Shown: in pieces, positions 12,817-22,900 of the stretch
How positions within the stretch are numbered: the stretch's first letter is position 1
Layout of the letters: every line of letters starts with the position of its first letter
DNA from: Holothuria leucospilota
Lineage: Eukaryota
Assembly: GCA_029531755.1 (NCBI GenBank)
Contig: CM055976.1
Span: 6,912,493-6,976,492, forward strand
Length of the DNA stretch: 64,000 bases
Direction: 5' to 3'
The notes under the pieces: model-generated
Told to the model about the DNA's origin: nothing
The model's input: only the letters and a program-made list of their open reading frames with translations
The model's database searches: none
Made by a program: the position numbers and the translations under genes

Positions 12817-14877
12817 GGGTGCCCACTCCACTGCTTCTCTTCCGGCAGTGGGGGGGAGACTTACTTTGTTCAGTCGAAACTGGAAGAAAATAGATCCGGA
12901 TGATTGGGTTCTAAGGGTAGTAACCGAGGGCTACCAAATAGAATTCTCGAAGTTTCCTCCAGCCAGGGGGCTAATGAAGTTAACTCCAGTTCCAAAGGAC
13001 TTGGACAAAAGAACAGCCCTCAAGACAGAGATCCTCGGTTTTTTAGACAAACAGGCTATTTATGTCGTCCACCCATCCAGGAGTCTCAACCTTATCGGTC
13101 AAGTTTCTTCTTAGCTCCAAAGAAACCCAACCTGTGGAGACCAATTTTGAACCTGAAGCCTCTGAACAAGTTATACATCTCAACCAAGAGGTTCCACATG
13201 GAGACTCTGGCCTCAATCATTCCGACTCTAGAAGAGGGCATGTGGGCCACTTCAATAGACTTGAAGGACGCTTACCTTCATGTTCCGATTCACCCTCTTT
13301 ATCAGAGATTCCTGGCGTTCAGGTACAGGGGTGTAGACTACAGCTTCAGGGCTCTTCCATTCGACCTGGCGACCGCCCCAAGAGTTTTCACCCGGGTTTC
13401 GAGAGCGGGTTCTGGCTTACCTTCGTCGGCAGGGAGTTCTACTTTTCGCCTACCTCGAAGACTGGTTAATCCTCGGGAACTCAGAAGACCAAGTCTCCAG
13501 AGACACAGAATTTGTCATTCAGACCCTTCAGAGTTCAGGCTGGGTAATCAACTGGGAGAAATACAACATCACTCCTCAGAAAGTTACTTATCTCGGTGCT
13601 TCTCTAGACTTCAGCCTTGGTCAAGCCTTTCCCACTCATCAGAGGATAGAAGCTCTAAGTTTTGTTTGCCGAGAAATCCTCTCAAGAAGATCCAGTCAAG
13701 CAAGAGTATGGCTCTGGCTTTTAGGCCTTATGGCCAGTCTAGTAGAAATACTCCCGTTCTGCCGCCTCAGGATGCGCCCGATCCAGTTCCATGTTCTCCG
13801 ATTCTTCAAACCGGACATTCATCCCCTCTCATTACGAATCTCACTGGATCCAGACTTACGTCCCTTCATAGAGTGGTGGCTGTCCCAAGAGAACCTGCTT
13901 CAGGGTCGTCCGTTCTCAGTAGTCAGACCTCAAGTAACCATCACAACAGACGCGTCCAATTTTGGTTGGGGAGCTGCTTGGGGAGCCAAGTCCCTATCAG
14001 GTCAATGGTCCGATGCAGACAAGGTCCTTCACATAAACATTCTGGAATTGACTGCGGTCCAGAGAGCCATTCAAATTTGGGAACCCCAGCTTCGGGCCTG
14101 GATGTTACGGTGATGTCGGACAACTCAACGACAGTCTCGTACCTGAACCGGCAAGGAGGAACCAGATCTCTAGAGCTGTGCAAGCTAACCTGGGACCTTC
14201 TCATCATCTGCCAACAACGAGATATCAACCTCAGGGCCTCTCCTCTAGCCGGGAAACTAAACGTGTTTGCAGACGCCCTGTCGAGAGGCCAATTCGATCA
14301 GAAGGAGTGGTCCCTGTCTCAGGAATGGACGAACCATCTCTTCCTCCTTTACGGCAGACCTCAGATAGACCTGTTCACCAGTCACGAGAACCACAAACTA
14401 CCGACGTTCTGTTCCAGGTTCTTTCATCCCCAGGCATGGGCAACAGACGCTCTGGCGATCCCTTGGGACAATCTAATGTCTTACGCCTTCCCACCGTTCA
14501 ACCTGATTCTAACGACTCTCCTGAAGTTCTCACGCTCCAAGGGCATGATGATTCTCGTCGCTCCTTGCTGGCCGAACCAACCTTGGTTTCCGTTAATTCT
14601 CAATCTTCTGGTCGATCGTCCGTTCAAGCTTGCAACTCAAGGGAAAATTCTGTCCCAGAAGAAAGGCCAGATATTCCATCAGGACCTCCAGTCTCTTCAC
14701 TTAACAGCGTGGAAATTGTCCACCGACGCCTCGTTGAGGGAGGAGTTTCTGAAAAAGCTGCGGACTTGGCAGTTCTCGCCAGGCGATTCTCTACTTCCAG
14801 AACTTACGATTCCAGATTGGCCAAGTTCGCGGACTGGGCAGGTTCTAACTCTGTCAATCCCTTGGATGCTTCCCTAG
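12722..14877 (+). pseudogene. DIRS pol (RT - RNase H - MT-like domain), disrupted by at least 3 frameshifts
   Basis: Conserved pol segments lie in alternating frames. Frame 2 carries the pol N-terminus (WVLRVVTEGYQIEF) at 12722-13080. Frame 1 carries RT motifs at 13080-13440. Frame 2 carries the RT C-terminus plus RNase H (AYLEDWLILGN ... TDASNFGWGAAW ... ILELTAVQRAI) at 13440-14113. Frame 1 carries the RNase H C-terminus and the MT-like region at 14110-14730. The RT catalytic box reads YLED instead of YxDD. Confidence 0.75.
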
Positions 14878-15746
14878 ATGAAGTCTGTTCCTTCCTAATC
14901 CACCTCTTTGATAGCGGCAGACAAGTTTCCACGATAAAGAACTACAGGTCAGCTATTGCTGCCGTTCATTCTGGGTTTTCAGACGGCTCTACAATTAGCT
15001 CGAACACGGTGATTTCCAAGCTGCTTCATGGCATGTTCAATAAGAGACCACCTCAGAGAAGACTAGCTCCTTCTTGGTCTATTAACGATGTTCTTCAGTC
15101 ACTATCGAGACCTCCTTTCGAGCCTCTCCAAAGAGCCCCTCTAGACGCTCTCATGAAGAAAACTCTCTTCCTAGTTGCGGCAGCTTCTGCAAGAAGGAGA
15201 AGTGACATCCATGCTTTGTCCGTTAAGAGAGGTTTCATCAGGTTCGACTCTTGTGGCGTTCACTTGCTACCGGATCCTGAGTTTCTATCAAAGAACCAGA
15301 CTTTATCATTCACTCCGAGCCCAATTTTCCTGCCAAACATGTCAGAAGGCTCTTCGGTTCCAGAAGACAGACTGGTCTGTCCTGTGAGATGTCTGAAGTG
15401 GTACTTAGACAAAACGAAACACATCAGATCCTCAGACGCCTTATTTGTCCTTCCAAGGGCTCCCTACACTGCAGCATCGAAAGACACGATTTCCAAATGG
15501 ATTGTCAAACTGATCTCAGAACACACTCATCCAGGGGAACAGGTTAGGGCTCATGCTTCTTCTATGGCTTGGTTCAAAGGCCTTCCCCTCCAAGAAATCA
15601 TGAATGCTGCAGCCTGGAAGACACCTTCATCATTCGTCTCTAATTATCTTACCAATGTTGTGTCTTCTGAGGGAACTTTTGCCAGAACTGTCTTAGGGAG
15701 TGGCAATCGCCAAACTAGTCACCTCCCTCCAACTTCGCGGTGCTAA
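14178..15746 (+). CDS. DIRS tyrosine recombinase ORF (frame 3), with the recognisable YR domain at about 14700-15746
   Basis: VEIVHRRLVEGGVSEKAADLAVLARRF, a SAM-like N-terminal domain. LDEVCSFLIHLFDSGRQVSTIKNYRSAIAAVH. LFLVAAASARRRSDIHALSV. RAHASSMAWFKG ... AAWKTPSSFVSNYL, with a terminal Tyr. Its 5' part overlaps the pol frame, as is usual in DIRS elements. Confidence 0.7.
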   Translation: MQANLGPSHHLPTTRYQPQGLSSSRETKRVCRRPVERPIRSEGVVPVSGMDEPSLPPLRQTSDRPVHQSREPQTTDVLFQVLSSPGMGNRRSGDPLGQSNVLRLPTVQPDSNDSPEVLTLQGHDDSRRSLLAEPTLVSVNSQSSGRSSVQACNSRENSVPEERPDIPSGPPVSSLNSVEIVHRRLVEGGVSEKAADLAVLARRFSTSRTYDSRLAKFADWAGSNSVNPLDASLDEVCSFLIHLFDSGRQVSTIKNYRSAIAAVHSGFSDGSTISSNTVISKLLHGMFNKRPPQRRLAPSWSINDVLQSLSRPPFEPLQRAPLDALMKKTLFLVAAASARRRSDIHALSVKRGFIRFDSCGVHLLPDPEFLSKNQTLSFTPSPIFLPNMSEGSSVPEDRLVCPVRCLKWYLDKTKHIRSSDALFVLPRAPYTAASKDTISKWIVKLISEHTHPGEQVRAHASSMAWFKGLPLQEIMNAAAWKTPSSFVSNYLTNVVSSEGTFARTVLGSGNRQTSHLPPTSRC

Positions 15747-15749
15747 TCT

Positions 15750-15850
15750 GGATTACATAGGTAAATAGGAGGTAAGAGAGGGGCGATGTAGATTCCCCAA
15801 AACTCCCTGGATTGGGAATCTACGAGCCCCGATACTTACCTCCTATTGGA
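15750..15850 (+). repeat. DIRS internal complementary region (ICR)
   Basis: 15750-15795 (ggattacataggtaaataggaggtaagagaggggcgatgtagatt) is the exact reverse complement of the left-ITR tip at 9885-9930. 15793-15850 (ccccaaaactccctggattgggaatctacgagccccgatacttacctcctat) is the reverse complement of the right-ITR tip at 16992-17048. The two tip complements being joined back to back is the DIRS-1 hallmark. Confidence 0.8.
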
Positions 15851-16189
15851 TCCCGCCTCCCAGCCCCACTGGACTGACTAGTTTATCTAATATTTTGGGG
15901 CTCAGAACTTTATATCTATTTCGTGAACTTTTCAGTGTGTGCGGGATTATCTAGGTCAAGTTAGCTATACTACCCCCAATGGACCTCACACGAACCTAAT
16001 GCTATATTATTTTCTTGGATTCTCAAACTGTTATAACCAATACCATTTTTGTTGGATATATAGTACTGCTATCACCATACCACCGTGGAACTGTCTGCAG
16101 ACTTATCCTTTGGATGTTTGGTGACTCTCATTCTTACTTGGGGGATTCTTAGTTGTTATTAACCGATTTATTTGGACCTTCAACACTGT

Positions 16190-16590
16190 TTCCTCGGAGT
16201 TAAGGTGTTACTTATTGACATTTACCTTGGAACTTACAAGTTACATATCGTGATTTTACGCAACTTCCTAGTGCTCGGACACTGTTTCGTTATGTCAATT
16301 ACCTACCTTTGGAAGTTTACTGTATGTGCTACTACTTAACAACCGAGTGCTTGAACACTGATACATTGTTTCTCCTATACGAGTTTAAGTTCATGTTCAA
16401 CCTTAGTGCTGAGACACTTATTCGTTACCTACCCGTGAATACTATTCATCTTCAGTGCTTGGACACTTATACTACTTGTGCGAATACTATTCACCTTCAG
16501 TGCCTGGACACTTTCACATTGTTACGGAAATATTCTATCTCAGTGCCTGGACACCTTATTTATCAGTGACACTTGGAGTTGTAACTCCCT
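16190..16590 (+). repeat. Tandem sub-repeats of about 45-50 bp (cagtgc(c/t)tggacac...) in the DIRS 3' region
   Basis: Seven or more reiterations of the (a/t)gtgc(t/c)(t/c)ggacact motif between the ICR and the right ITR. Confidence 0.5.
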
Positions 16591-16879
16591 TACTCACATC
16601 CACGGATATTCAAGACGTCCACCTACTTGAGTCAACCTTATCTTGAACTTTTCTGAATCATGAATTCGAGGCGATGTCCCTCATCTAACTGATATCTCAC
16701 CTTAGAGTAGTTCCGGCTATACCATTCACCAATGATGATGTCTCAGAACTACGAGGTGGCCGTTCGAAGATGACGGGTTTGTGAGGTGAGAATGGGTTCT
16801 TCTTATCTCCTTTCCTAACCATCACTTTGTATCTCTCCTCAGGGGGTTTATCTCCACCAAGGCCCAAACGCGGGGTCTG

Positions 16880-17049
16880 GTGGCAAGCGGAAGAGGACTT
16901 GGGAGGTCGGCCTCCTCTCGGAGGGCACCCTCCCTGACTACTGTGCTATTAGTTTACCAGGGTTTAGTTGCGGGTAAGTGGGGATTACATAGGTAAATAG
17001 GAGGTAAGTATTGGGGCTCGTAGATTCCCAATCCAGGGAGTTTTGGGGA
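16880..17049 (+). repeat. DIRS right inverted terminal repeat
   Basis: Reverse complement of 9885-10040. The element boundary is placed where the ICR junction (tagatt|cccc) maps. Confidence 0.6.
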
Positions 17050-17314
17050 TTTTGTGTGTGTGTGTTTTACAGTATCTTTATATAGGGACATGTTCCTTTA
17101 CAATTGTACCTTCAGTACAATACCATCAATAGATAGGGTGCTCATATTTGCCAGATAGCCAATGAAAAAAAAATATTCTCAATGTAAAGGTTGGGCATTT
17201 TACTGGTGATTTTACTGGTGATTAATTCATGGTAAAAGAGGTTTAGAATCTTATTATTACTTTCAAGTATGTATGTCTTGTTTATTATAGTAACCTGTCC
17301 TGTTAGAGGGAATC

Positions 17315-17629
17315 CATAGGCGTAGGAAGCGGGGGAGGGGGGAGGGGGGCTTTAGCACCCCCAGTCAAAAATGTGGGGGGTGAGGTATGCTTCACCCTCC
17401 CCCAAGATCCAAGGGCAAAAACCCCTTATTTGTCTCTTCTGTAAGAAATGTCAAAAATTTGCAGTAATTTTCCTTAAGTTTGTCCAAAATGTTGCACCAA
17501 ATGGCATCTGACCACCCTCAAATACCTAATAATTTTCAAAAGGGGAGGGCGTGTTTAGACCCCTCCCCCAGGACAGCGATCCAAAACAAGGTTCAGCTGC
17601 CCAGTCTCGAAAAGCTTCCTACGCCTATG
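17315..17629. mobile_element. MITE with a 16-bp perfect TIR (CATAGGCGTAGGAAGC) and an 8-bp TSD (AGGGAATC), hAT-like by TSD length
   Basis: 17315-17330 is the reverse complement of 17614-17629. The direct repeat agggaatc is at 17307-17314 and 17630-17637. The interior is G/C-homopolymer rich and internally palindromic. A related partial copy lies at about 52190-52450. Confidence 0.55.
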
Positions 17630-18211
17630 AGGGAATCTATTGACTGAACTATACTAAACAGTCTCATTATTTAGTTGTTAGTGAAACATGAAAATGGATG
17701 CAAGTGTAAAGATATACAGAACAAGGACTCAACATTTAATTCAATTTATTTTTCCCCTTCTGGAGCCAACTTCTACTGTCGCTTCCTGGTCCCTGCAATT
17801 CTGTCTCATCCTTGAGTGATCTTCTTCTTTCTTTCCTACCTATCCAACCCATACCCCAAATTAACATGTGTGACACACTTACATAATTATTCTAAAAGCA
17901 AATTGTCACACATCTATGAAACCAGATGCAAAGCTATTGACATAAGTTTGTGCAAGTCAATCTAACTCTACAGGTGACTAACAGAGAATACAGAGATCTA
18001 CAACATATACAAGCAACAACTTTTGCTCTTTATGTTATTAATGTGAAGGTGTGTGTTGTGATCATTGGAAAAGTAACAGTTACTGTTTACTCCTTATCTT
18101 CCTTAGGGTACGAGTAGTATTGGTAGTCTGTCTGATGTTGATGACTCTATGGCAACTGCTGCAAGACCACTTCCATCTTATTCTATAGTTAACCGCAGTT
18201 CCTATCTTAGG

Positions 18212-18216
<5 letters not shown>

Positions 18217-18256
<40 letters not shown>
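18217..18256. repeat. (TA)n microsatellite
   Basis: Perfect TA dinucleotide run. Confidence 0.95.
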
Positions 18257-18260
<4 letters not shown>

Positions 18261-18307
18261 TTGAGTCGGTAAAGCTGAAAAATCTGGGCGAGGTGACAAA
18301 GCAATGT

Positions 18308-18381
18308 TGACTCCACCGGGATTTGAACTCGGGACCTCCCGCTTGCTAGTGCGGACATTCTAACCACTGAGCCATGAAGCC
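18308..18381 (-). pseudogene. tRNA-like sequence (a tRNA pseudogene or SINE head) embedded between (TA)n tracts
   Basis: The minus-strand sequence ggcttcatggctcagtggttagaatgtccgcactagcaagcgggaggtcccgagttcaaatcccggtggagtca folds with a 7-bp acceptor stem (GGCTTCA/TGGAGTC, 2 GU pairs), a D-arm GCTCAGTGGTTAG, an anticodon stem TCCGC/GCGGG, a variable loop AGGTC, and a T-arm CCGAG-TTCAAAT-CCCGG. The anticodon loop has 8 nt, so it is probably non-functional. Confidence 0.5.
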
Positions 18382-18407
18382 AAGATGGTTTGGCCTTTGT
18401 TCAAACC

Positions 18408-19040
<633 letters not shown>

Positions 19041-19397
19041 TATATATATATTTTATAAATCAGAAAGGAAAAACAAAACGTACAAAAAATGGATATCTTC
19101 GTGCCAACTTAAAATCAAAAAACTCTCCAGCTAAATGTGAAACAAAATATTTCGAGCGTTTTACCAGCTCTTCTTCAGTTGAGAAAACTTGTACTAAGCA
19201 AGAAACATGTACGCCCCTAAGTCTTACACGTACCCACTCATGAAATCTAAATCCCTATTGAGCCCATTCTTGTGAGTATTAAGTCTAAGGATAGTTTTTA
19301 TTTCACATTTTCTGCGGTCCTGTGCTGTTTTGAAATTACCAGAAAGAATAAAGACTTTTAGGTTGGCAAAGCTGTGATCTGTAATTGATTAAAGTGT

Positions 19398-20967
19398 TCA
19401 GCCACTGCATGGGAAGCCGGGGCTGTTCTTTCTTATGCTGCTTTTGTGATTATTAAATCTATGACGGAAGCTTGTACCAGTTTCACCGATATAGGTGATT
19501 CCAGGACATATGTCACAATAAAGCAAATAAACCACGTTGCTAGAATCACAATTAAAATTGCCCGGACTCAGCTGGGTTCCCGTAGCACTATGAAAGAAGG
19601 TCGGTGAGGTGTCGATGTGCTTGCAAATAAGGCACCTGGGTTTATTGTATTGTTCATTCTTGGAGGGATCAGAATTCTGGGACTGGGGGTAGAGTGTAGT
19701 GCGAACGAGGGTAGCTTTAAGGTTACGAGGTTGCCTATGGGCTAGTAATGGAGGTAACTCAAAAAGTTCGGCGATACTAGGGTCACAATGTAGGATCTTC
19801 CAGAAACGCCTAACATTACTAAGGAGGGGTTTAAGTGACGGGTGGAAGGTGGAAACTAGTGGGATGCGATCGGGGGTGGGAGTATTACTATAAGACAATA
19901 ACCTCGTCCTGGGGGTGGAAAGAACCCTGGAAAAGTAGTAGCTAAGCAGTTTGTAAGGGTATCCCCTATAGAGAAAAAATGTACCAACTCGGCTGCCTTC
20001 TCGATGAATATGTCACGACGAGAACAAATACATCTGTACCTGATTAATTGACTGTAGGCAATAGAATGTTTTATATGGATAGGGTGAAAACTCTTAAAAT
20101 GCAAATACAGTAGGTGTGTCTATCGGTGGGCTTAGAATACACAGAAGTCACAATATTATCATCATGTATCGTAACCATTACATCTAAAAAACAAATCTGG
20201 TTGGAGGAGTGTTCCATGGTGAACTTAATAGAATCATGAAAATTATTAACAAAATCATAAAATTTTAGGAGGGCTTCAATGCCGTGTTGCCAGATCATAA
20301 ATATGTCATCAATATACCGTACATAAAAGGATGGTTTTAGGGGAAAAGCAGCAATGAACTGCTGTTCAAGATGATGCATAAAAATGTTTGCATACGATGG
20401 TGCCATTCTCGTGCCCATGGCAGTACCCTTGGTCTGTAGGAAATTACGTTCACAAAAGGTGAAGTTGTTATGGGACAAAATTATTAATTTCGATAATTTC
20501 GATAATTTCGATAATTCAGCATGCAGAATATTGTTACCTGCTTGTAGACTATCACTACAGGACTTGATTCCCTCCTTGTGCAGTATATTAGTGTATAAAG
20601 CTGACACATCCATGGTGACAAGAATGGCATTACTGGGCAAAGAGGACATCTCACTTAATCTGTTTAAGAAATGTGTGGTGTCCTTAATATAACTTGGTAT
20701 AGAATTAAGAATAGGTTGCCAATGCTGATCCATATAGGCAGAGATATGTTCCGTAAGTGTGCCAAGGCCCAATACGATTGGTCTTCCAGGGGTAAGGATG
20801 TTATTAGCACAGATGAAGTCAATCATCCCTTCATCCATAAGATTTTCCCCGGCTTCGGGTCGACGATTGCTAACCAAAGCTCTCAATTTGTGGATTTTAG
20901 GGAGAGTGTAGAAATTGCCGGGCTTAGGTGATGTGGGAATAAGACGTGTTGTGTCGTATTTTGGCAT
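19398..20967 (-). mobile_element. Penelope-like element (PLE) fragment, an RT plus C-terminal GIY-YIG endonuclease, 5'-truncated and frameshifted
   Basis: Minus-strand ORF 20071-20967 carries PLE-type RT motifs (FYTLPKIHK, TMDVSALYTNI, QTKGTAMGTRMAPSYANIFM, YVRYIDDIFMIW, KFTME). ORF 19856-20104 (HFKSFHPIHIKHSIAYSQLIRYRCICS) is the next RT segment in a different frame. ORF 19398-19898 carries GIY-YIG (VVYLLYCDICPGITYIGETGTSFRHRFNNHKSSIRKN) and a CCHC-like upstream segment. Confidence 0.75.
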
Positions 20968-22900
20968 GAATCTTCCTCTTTTCTATAACTTACTGTGTCA
21001 GTCGACCGATTTTCGATGAAATCGACACTCACGCAAAGTTCAAAAAATGTACAAAAACATACTTCAAATCACAATTTCTTTTCAGCTTCTTTCGTTTCCC
21101 AGGTTCAATAGTACGTCCCAAGTACCATGTACTAAACAATGTCAGAAATTTTCTGATGCTAAAATTGCTAGAAATACGTCGCAACCACTTGACCTGCAGT
21201 GATTTGGTCTGAAAAACTTGCATGCGCACCACACAGTATGTTCACGAATAACTTACACGGAAAAGATCTTCCGTTCCGCATATTTTGGGCGGGGCTTGTT
21301 CTTGCTGAATCGATGAACGCCTGACGAAAAAAATGCATTGACTTATTAACTGTGCGTTTTCATTGCACATTATGCATGCACCGAGCCATTGGGTATAAGA
21401 GTAGAAAACCGTCTAAGATCAAGAGATTCTGCACTTCTAGAATATTGTGGCACGTGGCAGTTAACAGAATGTATACAGAATGTATTTTTAAGATGCGCGA
21501 TAAGTTCCGAGTATAGTTGAAACAAAGTAACTATCATTCATGGCATCTACAGTTAAGCTCTTCTCATTACCACAACTCCAAATTCACTTGAAAAGGGGGT
21601 TTTGTTTTACAGGGTCAAATTGCAATACAAGTTGTCGGCTTCATTTGTTACCAAAAAGAAAGAAAGAAAAATAAAACCTTCCTGTGGGACCCGACCTGTG
21701 GGTGGGTAGAGTTTTGTGGCCTATGATTCACTTATACAAGACTTCATGTTACACATACAGATGTTGAAAAACCATCTCTGGAAATTCATGGGAACACTTG
21801 CACCAGTAATATATACTTCCGGCTGGAAGGAGAGAATTGATCTGACCGTGGAGCTCCGTAGTAGCTGCATGATCTGGCTCATCGAAAACAGACGGAAAAG
21901 GGCTCACACAAAATATTTAATTTCGTTGGATTTGCGTTTATCCAATTTTGCATCGCATTCCATAAGTTCTCGAGCTTCCGGGGGGGGGGTTAGAGTAAAC
22001 CAGATACAGTGCCAAGGTTGTCAATCCCCAGGTATTACTGTAAAGCAGTGATTCTCTTCTACACACAACTCACGAAAGAATGATCATTAAGCCAAGTGTC
22101 GGGTAGCCTAGATTTTATCCACAGTAGCATCATCCAGTATAAGACATAAAGGATGAAACTACTAAGCAGAATACCCTTATAAGATAACAAAAAAGGGGGA
22201 TAGACTTGAACAAAACTTTCTATAGTGTCTCCAGAAACTTTCAAGCCATGTTTTTTTACATGAGCTGTTGCACTGGAATCCCAAATCGAACCAATCAAAT
22301 TCGTGATCGCAACAGCCCACAGCCGGTCTGCCGCTCACATAACGTGTATCACTGCGAGCTCCTTGATTCCAAACGTTGCGCTATCGTTTACCTTATGCAG
22401 CGCAAATTGCACACTGTGAGTGTCTGTGTATACCAGTGGCTTTTCACGAAGTATACTGTACGCAAATTTTTTGGTGCGTGAGGACAGTCGGAGGTCGGAA
22501 AGAAAGAGATTATGCGACTGTTACAATCGTGGCAGGATGAGCGAAAAAAGTAAATATTTCGGGTCTTATGTCTGTGTTGGTTTTTAATGAAACTCCGCAT
22601 TTTAAGTCCATTTTTAGTAGTGCTAAATCCATACTTTTTAAACCAGGCGGACAACTTTCAAACTGGGTGGAAATTTTTCAAACCGGGTGCTGACAAGCGA
22701 AATCAAATTCAAACCGAGCTCAGCGCCTGGTTAAAATGGGCTGGCTAGAACCCTGTACCTTACACACATTATGTACAAAAATTGTTTATGTAGTATACAT
22801 AATTATCATAGTAAGCATAGTAACATAATATACCAAAATACTTGATAGATACTTAACTCTCCAAATCATCGATACATGTGCGAGAGACTTCGCTTTAAGC

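Larger units (their letters stand above)
9885..17049 (+). mobile_element. DIRS-like tyrosine-recombinase (YR) retrotransposon, structurally complete (ITR - gag - RT/RNase H/MT-like - YR - ICR - ITR), coding region with frameshifts
   Basis: Left end 9885-10010 is the reverse complement of the right end 16890-17048, so the termini are inverted terminal repeats. Between them the order is gag-like ORF, an RT domain (LAPKKPNLWRPILNLKPLN ... SIDLKDAYLHVPIH), an RNase H domain (VTITTDASNFGWGA ... NVFADALSR), a DIRS-type MT-like region (YAFPPF ... VAPCWPNQPWF) and a tyrosine recombinase (RRRSDIHAL, HASSMAW, SNYL). An internal complementary region lies at 15750-15850. Confidence 0.85.

Noticed and set aside
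18308-18381. A possible bona fide tRNA gene
   Set aside because: The cloverleaf is good (7-bp acceptor, T-arm, variable loop AGGTC), but the anticodon loop is 8 nt (ACTAGCAA) and the D-stem pairs poorly (GCTC/GAAT). It is embedded between (TA)n tracts like the other SINE-like units. It is reported as tRNA-like or a pseudogene rather than a functional tRNA.
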